A stretch of DNA of 24,489 nt, from IMG/VR virus record IMGVR_UViG_2778261570_000027; one strand, 5' to 3'. The notes beneath the pieces were generated by a model. It was not told the origin of the DNA and searched no databases. It saw only the letters and a program-made list of their open reading frames with translations. Each line of letters starts with the position of its first letter. The stretch's first letter is position 1. This document shows positions 1 to 9,196 of this stretch, piece by piece. The DNA is from a virus (taxonomy: Duplodnaviria; Heunggongvirae; Uroviricota; Caudoviricetes). A program made the position numbers and the translations under genes.

Positions 1-1053
1 TTACGGGGTAATGCCAACCGCTGCCGCCACTTTGTCGCCACTTGGCAGCGTTGCCAGAGGATTGAAACGGAGCGCCGTTTCTAGATGATCCGGTGCCAGA
101 TGTGCGTAACGCATAGTCATTTTTATATCGTGGTGTCCGAGAATTTTTTGTAAGGCCAGAATGTTTCCACCCGACATCATGAAGTGCGCCGCAAACGTAT
201 GGCGCAGAACGTGTGTGAGTTGACCGCGAGGGAGCACGATAGACGTTTTTTCCATCACGGATAAAAATTGAAAATAGCAGTCTGTGAAGAAATTGAACCC
301 ATCAAGCGCCATGATCTCTTCGTAAAGCTCTTTACTGATAGGGATGCTTCTGTTTTTCTTCCCCTTCGTTCTGACAAAGGTAATTCGGTATTTGGTCACC
401 TGTGAGCGGGTAAGATTTACGGCTTCACGCCAGCGTGCGCCTGTGCTTAAGCATATCTTAACTACCAGTGCCAGAATTGGGTCCTGACGTTTGCAATCAG
501 CCAGCAATTCAACAATCTGCTCATGGGTAAGCCATGCCATCTCTTTTTCTGCGATGGTGAATTTTCGCATGTTCTCCAGTGGGTTCGGATACGACCATTC
601 GCCCAGACGGGATAGTTCGCTAAAAACACTACTTAGATAGCTTTGCTCCAGGTTAATGGTGACCGGGCTTGCTCCTTTCTTCCATTTCTCGCTGAAGTAG
701 ATCTCGCCTGTCAGGCGTTTATCTCGATAGTGGGCAAACATTTTAGAGGTGAGATCGGTTGCAAGAGGATTGCCCAGAGCGTCAACCATCAACAGCAATT
801 TGTCATAGACATGCTGCCCAGCTGTCAGAGATTTACCATGTAGTTTGAACCATAGCTCAACCACGTCTTTCAGTGTTCGACGATCCACTGATTCACCCAG
901 CCAGGGCTTTGCTTCGGTTTCTTCCATCGTGTGGCGCTCAAAAGCCAGTGCTTCGCCTTTGGTGGCGAATTGTTTACGCACACGACGCCCACTTCGTCCG
1001 GCGGGGTAACATTCGCAAAGCCATTTCCCTGTGGTTAGTTTTCGTACTGCCAT
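1..1053 (-). CDS. int: P2/186-family tyrosine integrase (complete, 350 aa; stop codon is the first 3 nt of the window)
   Basis: Full ORF with tyrosine-recombinase catalytic signature in order (GARWREA ... HVLRHTFA ... MRYAHL = R, H-x-x-R, Y). Sits at the prophage end next to the repressor module, as in P2/186. Confidence 0.9.
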   Translation of the reverse strand: MAVRKLTTGKWLCECYPAGRSGRRVRKQFATKGEALAFERHTMEETEAKPWLGESVDRRTLKDVVELWFKLHGKSLTAGQHVYDKLLLMVDALGNPLATDLTSKMFAHYRDKRLTGEIYFSEKWKKGASPVTINLEQSYLSSVFSELSRLGEWSYPNPLENMRKFTIAEKEMAWLTHEQIVELLADCKRQDPILALVVKICLSTGARWREAVNLTRSQVTKYRITFVRTKGKKNRSIPISKELYEEIMALDGFNFFTDCYFQFLSVMEKTSIVLPRGQLTHVLRHTFAAHFMMSGGNILALQKILGHHDIKMTMRYAHLAPDHLETALRFNPLATLPSGDKVAAAVGITP

Positions 1054-1135
1054 AAAAAGCCCTCATATCAGAGGACTAAATTTAACTGTATATGTAACCA
1101 GTAATCAATGTGTGATTACTATGAAACATACATTG

Positions 1136-2812
1136 CTAAGCAACATGTAGTTCATCGTTGGCGGAAGTGGCTGCTTTGCGCTCCTGCTCAATAGCTAGAG
1201 ACTCTCTATATTCTTTCGCCTCTGCAAACATTGTCCAGTGGGCGTTGATGTTCATGTCTTCAATAACTGATTTGATTTCTTTTAAATTTACGTTAAAAAA
1301 CTCTTTTCGTGAGTTAATTTTATTGACCTGCTTTTCGTTGAAAACTTTATGCAGATGGTTTTCTAATGATGGTGCATCATCACTATAAATCATCGCATGA
1401 ACATCGAACGAAAAAGGAACACTAGCATCTCCGAGTTCACGAACACGATCAAGTGGTTCAAGGCGGCGTGTCATTCCAATTTTATATACATCTTCGCCAA
1501 ATGAACCAATATTACTAATGATATAGACGTGGCCTGATCTGGTTTGTTGAGCCATAGAAATAGCTCGTTGATTTTTAGCTTCAGCTTCTTCATATTTTAA
1601 CTGTAGTTCAGCTATTTTTTGCTCTAAAGCTAAGCGTTGTTCTTCATTTGCAAGCATAAGTTCTTTCGTTGCTTTATTTATAGCTTGCTGAATAGCTTTT
1701 TCTTCTTTTTCAGCTTCTTTTATCGCTTTTTCATATTCTCTACGAGCTCTTTCCTCTTCACGAAGCTGTTCTTTAATCCTTCTTTGCTCTTCTTTTTCTT
1801 CGAGCATAATTTCATTAACTGCTACACCCCATTTTAGCTCGTTGAGTCTTGCCTGAAGATAGATGTCACTTATTTTTGCGGACCTAAAGGCAGAGCCATT
1901 GTAATTTACTAGTTGAAATGCATCTTTTATTTCTTGGGAAAGTTTTCCAAAATTGTTGTGTTTGACTTTTGATAAAATACTGTCAACTCTTCCATTGAAG
2001 GCATCCAAAACAAAGTTTATGGCAGTATTACGCCTGTTTTGCTCAACATAATCACACGAAGCAGCTTTATTAGTTTTTATTAATGATTTGGTTAACTCTC
2101 TGGCTTTTTGTAATTCCTTGCCTGCATCTGTAAATTCATAATTTTCTGCCAGCTCATCAAGTACACTACGGTTAGGGATGATCCATTCATCACCATAACC
2201 TTCAATTTTATTTTTCATTGATTTTGCAACTGCTTCATATTTTTCTGCAAACTCTTTAGCTTCATATGCTGAACCAGCAATCTCCTTTGCTCTTTCTTCT
2301 GCATCAGAAATAATTTTTACTGCATTGTCATTAGCATTTGAGATTAGCTCATTTGCTTTATTATTAGCATTATCAAGACGTTCTTTGGCTTTCAGGCGTG
2401 CATCGCGAGCGTCTTTGGTGATTGCTATAGCTTCGCTATTAGCGTTGCTTATTGTCATCTGAGCTTGATAATTTGCTTCGTTTACTGTTTTAGCCGCCTT
2501 AATTTGGGCTTCATCTATTTTTTGCTTGGCTATTGAGTCCGCATTTTTTATCTTATTCTCTGCATCCATTACTGCGCTGTGCAATTCTTCGTATTGCCAC
2601 AATGGTGCTGCTCGCCCTTCAAGCTCTGATAATTCTCGTACGGTCTGTGCTAGTTTTTCTTGATTTTCAATCAGTTGGTTAGAAAGGGCTATGTTGTTAG
2701 CTGTCAGGTTATCTATAGCCGCTTTGTGTTTTTTACTTTGTTTAAATAATATTACAGCTAGAACAGGGGCGAGAAATGCTAATAAGAGTATAACGATGGC
2801 AAATGAATTCAT
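1136..2812 (-). CDS. Cargo protein (558 aa): N-terminal TM helix, long coiled-coil, DUF4041-like middle region, C-terminal T5orf172/Mug113 (GIY-YIG-like) domain; candidate anti-phage defence protein
   Basis: Long ORF with an SD-like AAGGA upstream of the ATG (minus strand) and only 20 nt after the cI stop. Markedly AT-rich versus flanking int and cI. Hydrophobic aa 4-23 (SFAIVILLLAFLAPVLAVILF), then an Ala/Lys/Glu-rich heptad-like region. The C-terminal ~95 aa (GHVYIISNIGSFGEDVYKIGMTRRLEPLDRVRELGDASVPFSFDVHAMIYS..., plus-strand nt ~1250-1534) resemble the T5orf172 fold as I remember it. Confidence 0.7.
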   Translation of the reverse strand: MNSFAIVILLLAFLAPVLAVILFKQSKKHKAAIDNLTANNIALSNQLIENQEKLAQTVRELSELEGRAAPLWQYEELHSAVMDAENKIKNADSIAKQKIDEAQIKAAKTVNEANYQAQMTISNANSEAIAITKDARDARLKAKERLDNANNKANELISNANDNAVKIISDAEERAKEIAGSAYEAKEFAEKYEAVAKSMKNKIEGYGDEWIIPNRSVLDELAENYEFTDAGKELQKARELTKSLIKTNKAASCDYVEQNRRNTAINFVLDAFNGRVDSILSKVKHNNFGKLSQEIKDAFQLVNYNGSAFRSAKISDIYLQARLNELKWGVAVNEIMLEEKEEQRRIKEQLREEERARREYEKAIKEAEKEEKAIQQAINKATKELMLANEEQRLALEQKIAELQLKYEEAEAKNQRAISMAQQTRSGHVYIISNIGSFGEDVYKIGMTRRLEPLDRVRELGDASVPFSFDVHAMIYSDDAPSLENHLHKVFNEKQVNKINSRKEFFNVNLKEIKSVIEDMNINAHWTMFAEAKEYRESLAIEQERKAATSANDELHVA

Positions 2813-2832
2813 TTTAAAATCCTTTTACTATA

Positions 2833-3429
2833 TTAATTCGAGACTATTGTACTTCTTATACAAGCAACCACTTCAATATCAGAAAATGCACATTCAAAGC
2901 TATTCTCTGCTGTTGTAATTTTAATCATTCCTTTAGGAAGCCTTGTGATTTTTCGAATGGAATAGGTTCCGTCGATATTGATTAACCAGTTTCCATCAAG
3001 TACTTCAGAAAATTTTTGATCACAAATGTATGTGACGAGTCCATCCTGAACAACAATTGGTGATGAAAGGTTTGCAGGAAGAAATGATGAATCGAAGACA
3101 TATGAACCGTCTTCAATCATTTTGCCTGCGGCAAGGCGAAACTTAACAAGCTCTTCTGTAGCTGCTGTCAGCGAGCTTTGCTTAAGGCCTTGTCCGGTAG
3201 TTAACCATTTGAGGGAGGTTCCTGTTTCAAGAGCACATTGGATTATCCAGTCAGCAGGAAATGTATCCCGCAAATACCTGTTCGCTAGTGTGCTTTTTGA
3301 TACTTCCAAGTGATCAGCTAAAGCCTGTCGTGTCGTAAAGCCATAGGCTTCGACTAATCGCTCAATCGCAGCCTTACCACCTTTATTGGGATTTATTTTG
3401 ATCTCACTTGGGTACTTTGATGTTGACAT
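2833..3429 (-). CDS. cI: 186 CI-like immunity repressor (198 aa)
   Basis: Divergent from apl/cII across a short switch region. Size matches 186 CI (~192 aa) rather than P2 C (99 aa). N-terminal DNA-binding-like region (GFTTRQALADHLEVSKSTLANR). Confidence 0.75.
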   Translation of the reverse strand: MSTSKYPSEIKINPNKGGKAAIERLVEAYGFTTRQALADHLEVSKSTLANRYLRDTFPADWIIQCALETGTSLKWLTTGQGLKQSSLTAATEELVKFRLAAGKMIEDGSYVFDSSFLPANLSSPIVVQDGLVTYICDQKFSEVLDGNWLINIDGTYSIRKITRLPKGMIKITTAENSFECAFSDIEVVACIRSTIVSN

Positions 3430-3474
3430 ATCTCTTTTGCGATCCTAGTATCAGTTTTGTACCCAATTGGGTAC
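3423..3474 (+). promoter_or_regulatory. Putative rightward lytic promoter (pR-like): -35 TTGACA 3423-3428, 17-bp spacer, -10 TAGTAT 3446-3451, followed by a perfect 16-bp palindrome GTACCCAATTGGGTAC (3459-3474) as candidate operator
   Basis: Hexamers and palindrome read directly from the sequence. The half-site TTGGGTAC recurs at 3408-3415 inside the cI start region. Lies in the cI/apl intergenic region where the 186/P2 switch is. Confidence 0.45.
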
Positions 3475-3524
3475 TTGTCACGATTACTACAGGCTCACCA
3501 CAAGCCAATAGGAGATGTTGCATC

Positions 3525-3746
3525 ATGACCCCTAACATTTCAATAACTCTGAATACGCCACACGTCACAATCGAGCGTTATAGCGAACTTACTGGTCTTT
3601 CAATCGACACAATCAACGATATGTTGGCGGATGGTCGCATTCCTCGGCATCGTCTTCGTAAAGACAAGAAAAGAGAAAAGGTAATGATCAACCTTGCTGC
3701 TCTTACCGTTGATGCACTTACTGATTGCAATGTTGTATTCAACTAG
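3525..3746 (+). CDS. apl: Apl/Cox-like excisionase and switch regulator (73 aa)
   Basis: First gene of the rightward operon immediately after the switch region. AGGAG-like SD (GGAGATG 3511-3517) 8 nt before ATG 3525. Small basic protein typical of Cox/Apl. The ORF-track start at 3408 would overlap cI and is rejected. Confidence 0.65.
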   Translation: MTPNISITLNTPHVTIERYSELTGLSIDTINDMLADGRIPRHRLRKDKKREKVMINLAALTVDALTDCNVVFN

Positions 3747-3778
3747 TTCCATTTTGGGATACATCAGAGGTGTCGACC

Positions 3779-4288
3779 ATGTTTGATTACCAAGTTTCCA
3801 AACATCCACATTTTGATGAAGCCTGTCGTGCATTCGCACTGCGCCACAATCTGGTGCAACTGGCAGAACGTGCGGGCATGAATGTGCAGATTCTGCGGAA
3901 CAAGCTGAACCCAGCTCAACCTCATTTATTAACCGCACCAGAAATCTGGCTGCTTACCGATCTGACTGAAGATTCAACGTTGGTAGATGGTTTTCTGGCA
4001 CAGATTCATTGTCTGCCATGTGTACCGATTAATGAGGTAGCAAAAGAGAAACTGCCGCATTACGTCATGAGCGCAACTGCAGAGATCGGGCGTGTTGCAG
4101 CAGGTGCGGTATCTGGTGATGTAAAAACTAGTGCCGGTCGTCGTGATGCTATCAGCAGCATTAACTCTGTAACACGACTGATGGCTCTGGCTGCTGTTTC
4201 ATTGCAAGCCCGTTTACAGGCTAATCCTGCGATGGCGAGTGCAGTTGATACCATGACTGGCCTTGGTGCTTCATTCGGTTTGCTGTGA
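3779..4288 (+). CDS. cII: 186 CII-like lysogeny-establishment regulator (169 aa)
   Basis: ATG 3779 preceded by AGAGG. Length is exactly that of 186 CII (169 aa) and it sits directly after apl. The N-terminal region looks HTH-like. Confidence 0.7.
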   Translation: MFDYQVSKHPHFDEACRAFALRHNLVQLAERAGMNVQILRNKLNPAQPHLLTAPEIWLLTDLTEDSTLVDGFLAQIHCLPCVPINEVAKEKLPHYVMSATAEIGRVAAGAVSGDVKTSAGRRDAISSINSVTRLMALAAVSLQARLQANPAMASAVDTMTGLGASFGLL

Positions 4289-4295
4289 GGTGTTT

Positions 4296-4592
4296 ATGCT
4301 GACGAAAGAACCATCATTTGCATCGCTGCTGGTAAAACAAAGCCCGGCAATGCACTACGGTCACGGCTGGATCACGGGTGAGGATGGAAAACGCTGGCAT
4401 CCATGTCATTCACAAGATGAATTGCTGTCTGAATTGACCACGAGGAAACGGAGAAAGTCCAAATGTATGCGGCAGAAAGTGAAGTGGTTTATCAGTTTCG
4501 TTACAGAGGGGAGAGTTATTCAGTACCTGAAGATGATTTGCTCTGTTGCTATCCGTCATTGTCGGGCGATGGCAGTTACTTTTTCACGTTAA
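4296..4592 (+). CDS. Hypothetical early-operon protein (98 aa) at the position of 186 fil; identity uncertain
   Basis: ATG 4296 with GAGG 6 nt upstream, in the same operon as cII. Overlaps the next ORF out of frame by 130 nt, so one of the two may be shorter or spurious. Confidence 0.4.
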   Translation: MLTKEPSFASLLVKQSPAMHYGHGWITGEDGKRWHPCHSQDELLSELTTRKRRKSKCMRQKVKWFISFVTEGRVIQYLKMICSVAIRHCRAMAVTFSR

Positions 4593-4687
4593 AGGATGGG
4601 ACGTTTTTACGGGGAGAGCAGGTTAAAGAGACGATACGAAAAAATGTATCTCCTCTTGAGCGTTACCGTAAGAACAAAGAACGATAG
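4463..4687 (+). CDS. Hypothetical small early protein (74 aa)
   Basis: ATG 4463 with a good SD (GGAGAAAG 4449-4456). Confidence 0.45.
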   Translation: MYAAESEVVYQFRYRGESYSVPEDDLLCCYPSLSGDGSYFFTLKDGTFLRGEQVKETIRKNVSPLERYRKNKER

Positions 4688-4709
4688 CTGCGTTTGGGGG
4701 ATATGAAGT

Positions 4710-5051
4710 ATGGCAATTAATGGCGCTGCAGCAACTGTTCCATTAAGCCCCGGTGAACGCCTGAATGGACTTAATCACATTGCGGAGTTAAGGGCGAAAG
4801 TTTTTGGCCTGAATATTGAGTCAGAGCTTGAGCGGTTTATTAAAGATATGCGTGATCCACGGGATATCAATAATGAACAAAATAAACGGGCACTGGCTGC
4901 CATATTCTTTATGGCAAAAATTCCAGCTGAACGTCATAGCATCAGCATTAATGAGCTGACCACTGACGAAAAGCGGGAGCTGATTAAAGCAATGAATCAT
5001 TTTCGTGCAGTGGTGAGCTTATTTCCCAGACGGCTAACCATGCCGAATTAA
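4710..5051 (+). CDS. Hypothetical early protein (113 aa)
   Basis: ORF in the rightward early operon; ATG 4710 preceded by a G-rich stretch. No domain recognised. Confidence 0.5.
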   Translation: MAINGAAATVPLSPGERLNGLNHIAELRAKVFGLNIESELERFIKDMRDPRDINNEQNKRALAAIFFMAKIPAERHSISINELTTDEKRELIKAMNHFRAVVSLFPRRLTMPN

Positions 5052-5118
5052 CCAACTAATGAAATTAATGGCGTAAACCCGCCGGGCATCCCTTTATCTA
5101 AATTCAGGAGAATTGATT

Positions 5119-5352
5119 ATGCGTAATATTGAAACCCTCACGACTAAAACCGGACCGGATGACGCAGGGCTTAATATTTTACTGACAGAGGCTCGTCTGG
5201 AAGAACGCCGGGCAAGGGCTGAAGCAATGGCTGCTCGCCTTGATAGCCTGGCGTGTCATATCTCATCCCGCCAGCTAAACCACGTGGAAGCGGCAGAACT
5301 GCTGCGCGTGACTGCTGAAGCAATCCAGAACGAAGCGCAGGAGATCCACTAA
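5119..5352 (+). CDS. Hypothetical small early protein (77 aa, Ala/Glu-rich helical)
   Basis: ATG 5119 with AGGAG (5105-5109) upstream. Stop TAA overlaps the next start (TAATG at 5350-5354). Confidence 0.5.
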   Translation: MRNIETLTTKTGPDDAGLNILLTEARLEERRARAEAMAARLDSLACHISSRQLNHVEAAELLRVTAEAIQNEAQEIH

Positions 5353-5579
5353 TGGCTGATGCAATGGATCTCGTACAGCAGCGCGTTGAAGAAGAACGCC
5401 AGCGCCATATCCGTGCAGCCCGTGCCAAATCACCGGGCGTGTCACGCGTACTTTGCATTGAATGTGAAGCGCCAATTCCGCCAGCACGACGCCGCGCCAT
5501 TCCGGGAGTGCAGCTTTGCATTACCTGTCAGGAAATCGCAGAACTGAAAGGCAAACATTACAACGGAGGTGCTGTATGA
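5352..5579 (+). CDS. TraR/DksA-family C4 zinc-finger protein (75 aa)
   Basis: CxxC ... CxxC motif (CIECEAPIPPARRRAIPGVQLCITC) in a ~75-aa protein, typical of phage TraR/DksA-like proteins. Translationally coupled to neighbours. Confidence 0.7.
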   Translation: MADAMDLVQQRVEEERQRHIRAARAKSPGVSRVLCIECEAPIPPARRRAIPGVQLCITCQEIAELKGKHYNGGAV

Positions 5580-6433
5580 GCACCATCCTGAAATGGGCGG
5601 GAAATAAAACCGCCATTATGCCAGAACTGAAAAAATACCTTCCTGCTGGCCCGCGACTGGTTGAACCTTTCGCGGGTTCCTGTGCTGTGATGATGGAAAC
5701 GGATTATCCCAGCTATCTGGTTGCGGATATTAATCCTGATTTAATCAACCTCTATAAAAAGGTTGCCGCTGATTGTGAATCGTTTATATCTCGCGCCAGA
5801 GTTTTATTTGAGATCGCAAACAGGGAGGTGGCTTATTACAACATAAGGCAGGAGTTTAACTGCTCAACTGAAATTACTGATTTCATGAAAGCGGTATATT
5901 TCCTGTATCTCAATCGTCACGGTTACCGTGGTTTATGTCGCTATAACAAGAGCGGGCATTTCAACATTCCCTACGGTAATTATAAAAATCCGTATTTCCC
6001 TGAAAAAGAACTTCGCACATTTGCAGAAAAAGCCCAGCGAGCAACGTTTATCTGCGCCAGCTTTGATGAAACGCTGGCGATGTTGAAGGCGGGAGATGTG
6101 GTGTATTGCGATCCGCCATATGACGGTACGTTTTCCGGCTATCACACTGATGGTTTCACTGAAGATGACCAGTATCACCTGGCATCCGTTCTTGAACATC
6201 GGTCATCAGAAGGACATCCGGTCATTGTTTCTAACAGTGACACATCCCTGATCCGTTCGCTGTATCGCAATTTTACTCACCACTATATCAAGGTAAAACG
6301 CAGCATCGGTGTGGCAGCTGGCGAGGGTAAATCAGCAACAGAAATCATTGCTGTTTCCGGGCCGCGCTGCTGGATGGGATTTGATTATTCGCGTGGCGTG
6401 GATAGTTCTGCCGTGTACGGAGTACGTGCATGA
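5576..6433 (+). CDS. dam: Dam-family DNA N6-adenine methyltransferase (285 aa), orphan (no cognate nuclease seen)
   Basis: Strong resemblance to E. coli Dam as I recall it: [42 protein letters not shown] and the DPPY catalytic motif ([10 protein letters not shown]). ATGA overlaps with both neighbours. Confidence 0.88.
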   Translation: MSTILKWAGNKTAIMPELKKYLPAGPRLVEPFAGSCAVMMETDYPSYLVADINPDLINLYKKVAADCESFISRARVLFEIANREVAYYNIRQEFNCSTEITDFMKAVYFLYLNRHGYRGLCRYNKSGHFNIPYGNYKNPYFPEKELRTFAEKAQRATFICASFDETLAMLKAGDVVYCDPPYDGTFSGYHTDGFTEDDQYHLASVLEHRSSEGHPVIVSNSDTSLIRSLYRNFTHHYIKVKRSIGVAAGEGKSATEIIAVSGPRCWMGFDYSRGVDSSAVYGVRA

Positions 6434-8844
6434 GTCATGCCGATATGAACAACTGCTGCGGCTTTAACGAGGCTGCCGCAGCATTCTCATGGAACAGCCC
6501 GAAAAAGGCCATTAACCCTTATCTGGACCCGGCGGAAGTTGCGCCGGTTTCTACGCTTTCAAACCTGATCACTCTGTACGCTGCCGATAACGAGCAGGAA
6601 CAGTTGCGCCGCGAGGCACTGAGTGATCAGGTCTGGGAGCGTTATTTCTTTAATGAATCACGTGATCCTGTCCAGCGCGAAATGGAGCAGGATAAGCTCA
6701 TTAGCCGGGCAAAGCTGGCGCATGAGCAGCAGCGTTTTAATTCAGACATGGTCATTCTGGCGGACGTCAACGCCCAGCCTTCCCATATCAGCAAGCCGCT
6801 GATGCAACGTATTGAATACTTCAGCAGCCTGGGCAGGCCAAAGGCTTATTCCCGCTATTTACGTGAGACGATTAAGCCATGTCTGGAACGACTGGAGCAT
6901 GTACGCGACAGTCAGCTATCTGCATCTTTTCGCTTTATGGCAAGCCATGAAGGGCTGGACGGCCTGCTGATCCTGCCTGAAATGAGTCAGGATCAGGTGA
7001 AACGCCTGTCCACCCTGGTAGCTGCGCATATGAGTATGTGCCTTGATGCAGCTTGTGGTGATTTGTATGCCACCGATGACGTTAAGCCAGAAGAAATCCG
7101 CAAGACATGGGAAAAGGTGGCAGCGGAAACCCTGCGTCTGGATGTCATCCCACCTGCGTTTGAGCAACTCCGTCGGAAAAGAAACCGCCGTAAACCCGTG
7201 CCGTATGAACTCATTCCGGGTTCGCTGGCGCGTATGTTGTGCGCCGACTGGTGGTATCGGAAATTATGGAAGATGCGTTGCGAATGGCGGGAAGAGCAGT
7301 TGCGCGCTGTTTGCCTGGTCAGCAAAAAAGCATCTCCTTATGTCAGCTATGAAGCCGTGATGCATAAACGTGAGCAGCGCCGTAAGTCGCTGGAGTTTTT
7401 CCGTTCTCATGAACTGGTGAACGAAGACGGCGACACGCTGGACATGGAGGATGTGGTAAACGCCAGCAGCAGCAACCCTGCGCATCGCCGCAATGAGATG
7501 ATGGCCTGTGTTAAAGGTCTGGAGCTTATCGCGGAAATGCGCGGTGACTGCGCCGTTTTCTACACTATCACCTGTCCGTCGCGTTTCCATTCCACGCTAA
7601 ATAACGGCAGACCAAACCCGACCTGGACAAACGCGACGGTAAGACAAAGCAGCGATTATCTGGTCGGCATGTTTGCTGCATTTCGTAAGGCGATGCACAA
7701 AGCCGGGTTGCGCTGGTATGGCGTGCGGGTGGCTGAGCCGCATCATGATGGCACAGTTCACTGGCACCTGTTGTGTTTCATGCGCAAAAAAGACCGCCGT
7801 GCCATCACTGCATTACTGCGTAAGTTTGCCATCCGTGAAGACCGCGAGGAGCTGGGCAATAACACTGGGCCGCGCTTTAAGTCTGAGTTGATTAACCCGC
7901 GCAAAGGAACGCCGACAAGCTACATCGCGAAATATATCAGTAAGAACATTGACGGTCGTGGTCTGGCTGGCGAGATCAGCAAGGAAACGGGTAAATCTCT
8001 GCGTGATAACGCTGAATACGTGAATGCCTGGGCGTCTCTGCATCGTGTTCAGCAATTCCGCTTCTTTGGTATTCCGGGGCGTCAGGCTTACCGTGAACTT
8101 CGCTTGCTGGCTGGTCAGGCGGCAAGGCAACAGGGTGACAAAAAAGCAGGTGCGCCGGTACTGGATAACCCGCGTCTTGATGCCATTCTGGCTGCTGCTG
8201 ATGCTGGTTGTTTTGCCACCTACATCATGAAGCAGGGCGGCGTACTGGTTCCCCGTAAATATCACCTCATCAGAACCGCTTATGAAATCAACGAAGAGCC
8301 GACCGCCTATGGCGATCACGGCATTCGTATTTATGGCATCTGGTCACCCATTGCAGAGGGCAAGATCTGCACTCATGCAGTGAAGTGGAAAATGGTTCGT
8401 AAAGCCGTTGACGTTCAGGAGGCGGCAGCCGACCAGGGCGCTTGCGCCCCTTGGACTCGTGGCAATAACTGTCCCCTTGCTGAAAATTTGTACCAACAAG
8501 GGAAAGACAAATCAGCTGATGGGGATACCAGAACGGATATCACCCGCATGGATGACAAGGAATTGCACGATTACCTGCACAGTATGAACAAAAAAGAGCG
8601 TCGGGAACTGGCTGCAAGGTTACGCCTGGTGAAACCGAAACGGCGTAGAGACTACAAACAGCGAATTACAGATCATCAGCGACAGCAGCTCGTCTATGAA
8701 CTGAAGTCCAGAGGATTTGATGGCAGCGAGAAAGAGGTCGATTTACTCCTTCGCGGCGGCAGCATTCCGTCAGGAGCAGGCCTGCGTATTTTCTATCGGA
8801 ACCAGCGTTTGCAGGAAGATGATAAGTGGCGGAACCTGTATTAA
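6430..8844 (+). CDS. A: P2/186 gpA-type rolling-circle replication initiation endonuclease (804 aa)
   Basis: Very large last gene of the early operon, in the position and size range of P2 gene A (761 aa). ATG overlaps the dam stop (ATGA). Contains a region reminiscent of the RCR metal-binding motif (HWHLLCF). Confidence 0.8.
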   Translation: MSHADMNNCCGFNEAAAAFSWNSPKKAINPYLDPAEVAPVSTLSNLITLYAADNEQEQLRREALSDQVWERYFFNESRDPVQREMEQDKLISRAKLAHEQQRFNSDMVILADVNAQPSHISKPLMQRIEYFSSLGRPKAYSRYLRETIKPCLERLEHVRDSQLSASFRFMASHEGLDGLLILPEMSQDQVKRLSTLVAAHMSMCLDAACGDLYATDDVKPEEIRKTWEKVAAETLRLDVIPPAFEQLRRKRNRRKPVPYELIPGSLARMLCADWWYRKLWKMRCEWREEQLRAVCLVSKKASPYVSYEAVMHKREQRRKSLEFFRSHELVNEDGDTLDMEDVVNASSSNPAHRRNEMMACVKGLELIAEMRGDCAVFYTITCPSRFHSTLNNGRPNPTWTNATVRQSSDYLVGMFAAFRKAMHKAGLRWYGVRVAEPHHDGTVHWHLLCFMRKKDRRAITALLRKFAIREDREELGNNTGPRFKSELINPRKGTPTSYIAKYISKNIDGRGLAGEISKETGKSLRDNAEYVNAWASLHRVQQFRFFGIPGRQAYRELRLLAGQAARQQGDKKAGAPVLDNPRLDAILAAADAGCFATYIMKQGGVLVPRKYHLIRTAYEINEEPTAYGDHGIRIYGIWSPIAEGKICTHAVKWKMVRKAVDVQEAAADQGACAPWTRGNNCPLAENLYQQGKDKSADGDTRTDITRMDDKELHDYLHSMNKKERRELAARLRLVKPKRRRDYKQRITDHQRQQLVYELKSRGFDGSEKEVDLLLRGGSIPSGAGLRIFYRNQRLQEDDKWRNLY

Positions 8845-8936
8845 TTACGCGGGTTAACAATTCGTGCTCTTAATAATACCAGGTATATCAGGCTGATGAA
8901 CGTAAAAAAACGTTTTACATCAGTAAGATTATTATA

Positions 8937-8956
8937 TACTGTAAATATAAACAGTG
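8937..8956 (+). promoter_or_regulatory. LexA (SOS) box TACTGTAAATATAAACAGTG
   Basis: CTGT-N8-ACAG core at 8939-8954 with an AT-rich spacer, matching the consensus TACTGTATATATATACAGTA. Located ~45 nt upstream of the next gene in an AT-rich promoter-like region. Confidence 0.6.
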
Positions 8957-8997
8957 CTTATATATACAGTATTGCTTGTGGTGTCATAGGAGGAAAG

Positions 8998-9186
8998 ATG
9001 CAGGACTATTTTTTGGAGTCTTTGAAGCTCCAGCGCATTGATTTTTTTCTTAAGCTTGTAGCGGCTAGTGAGTGTAGTGATGAAGAGAAGGGGCTGGCCC
9101 TGCAGTGGGTTTCTGAACTGACAGATGAACTCATGGCAAAAATCAGAACCCACGAATACAACCGCTCAATGGATGTCATCAGCTGA
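8998..9186 (+). CDS. Small SOS-operon protein (62 aa); possibly the N-terminal part of a Tum-like antirepressor
   Basis: ATG 8998 with a strong SD (GGAGGAAAG) directly upstream and downstream of the LexA box. The longer ORF-track start (8896) would run through the LexA box and lacks an SD. Confidence 0.45.
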   Translation: MQDYFLESLKLQRIDFFLKLVAASECSDEEKGLALQWVSELTDELMAKIRTHEYNRSMDVIS

Positions 9187-9196
9187 GGTGACTTTT

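Noticed and set aside
1637-1837. 66-aa Phe-rich plus-strand ORF
   Set aside because: Antisense of the AT-rich coiled-coil-encoding part of the 558-aa cargo gene; its poly-F content mirrors the Lys/Glu codons on the other strand.
3408-3524. Upstream extensions of apl (start 3408) and of cII (start 3725)
   Set aside because: The long versions overlap the divergent cI start and operator region (apl) or the end of apl (cII). The internal ATGs at 3525 and 3779 have SDs and give protein sizes matching 186 Apl and CII.
8896-8997. N-terminal extension of the small SOS-operon ORF (ORF-track start at 8896)
   Set aside because: The extension would be translated through the LexA box and promoter region and has no SD, whereas the internal ATG at 8998 has a strong GGAGGAAAG site.
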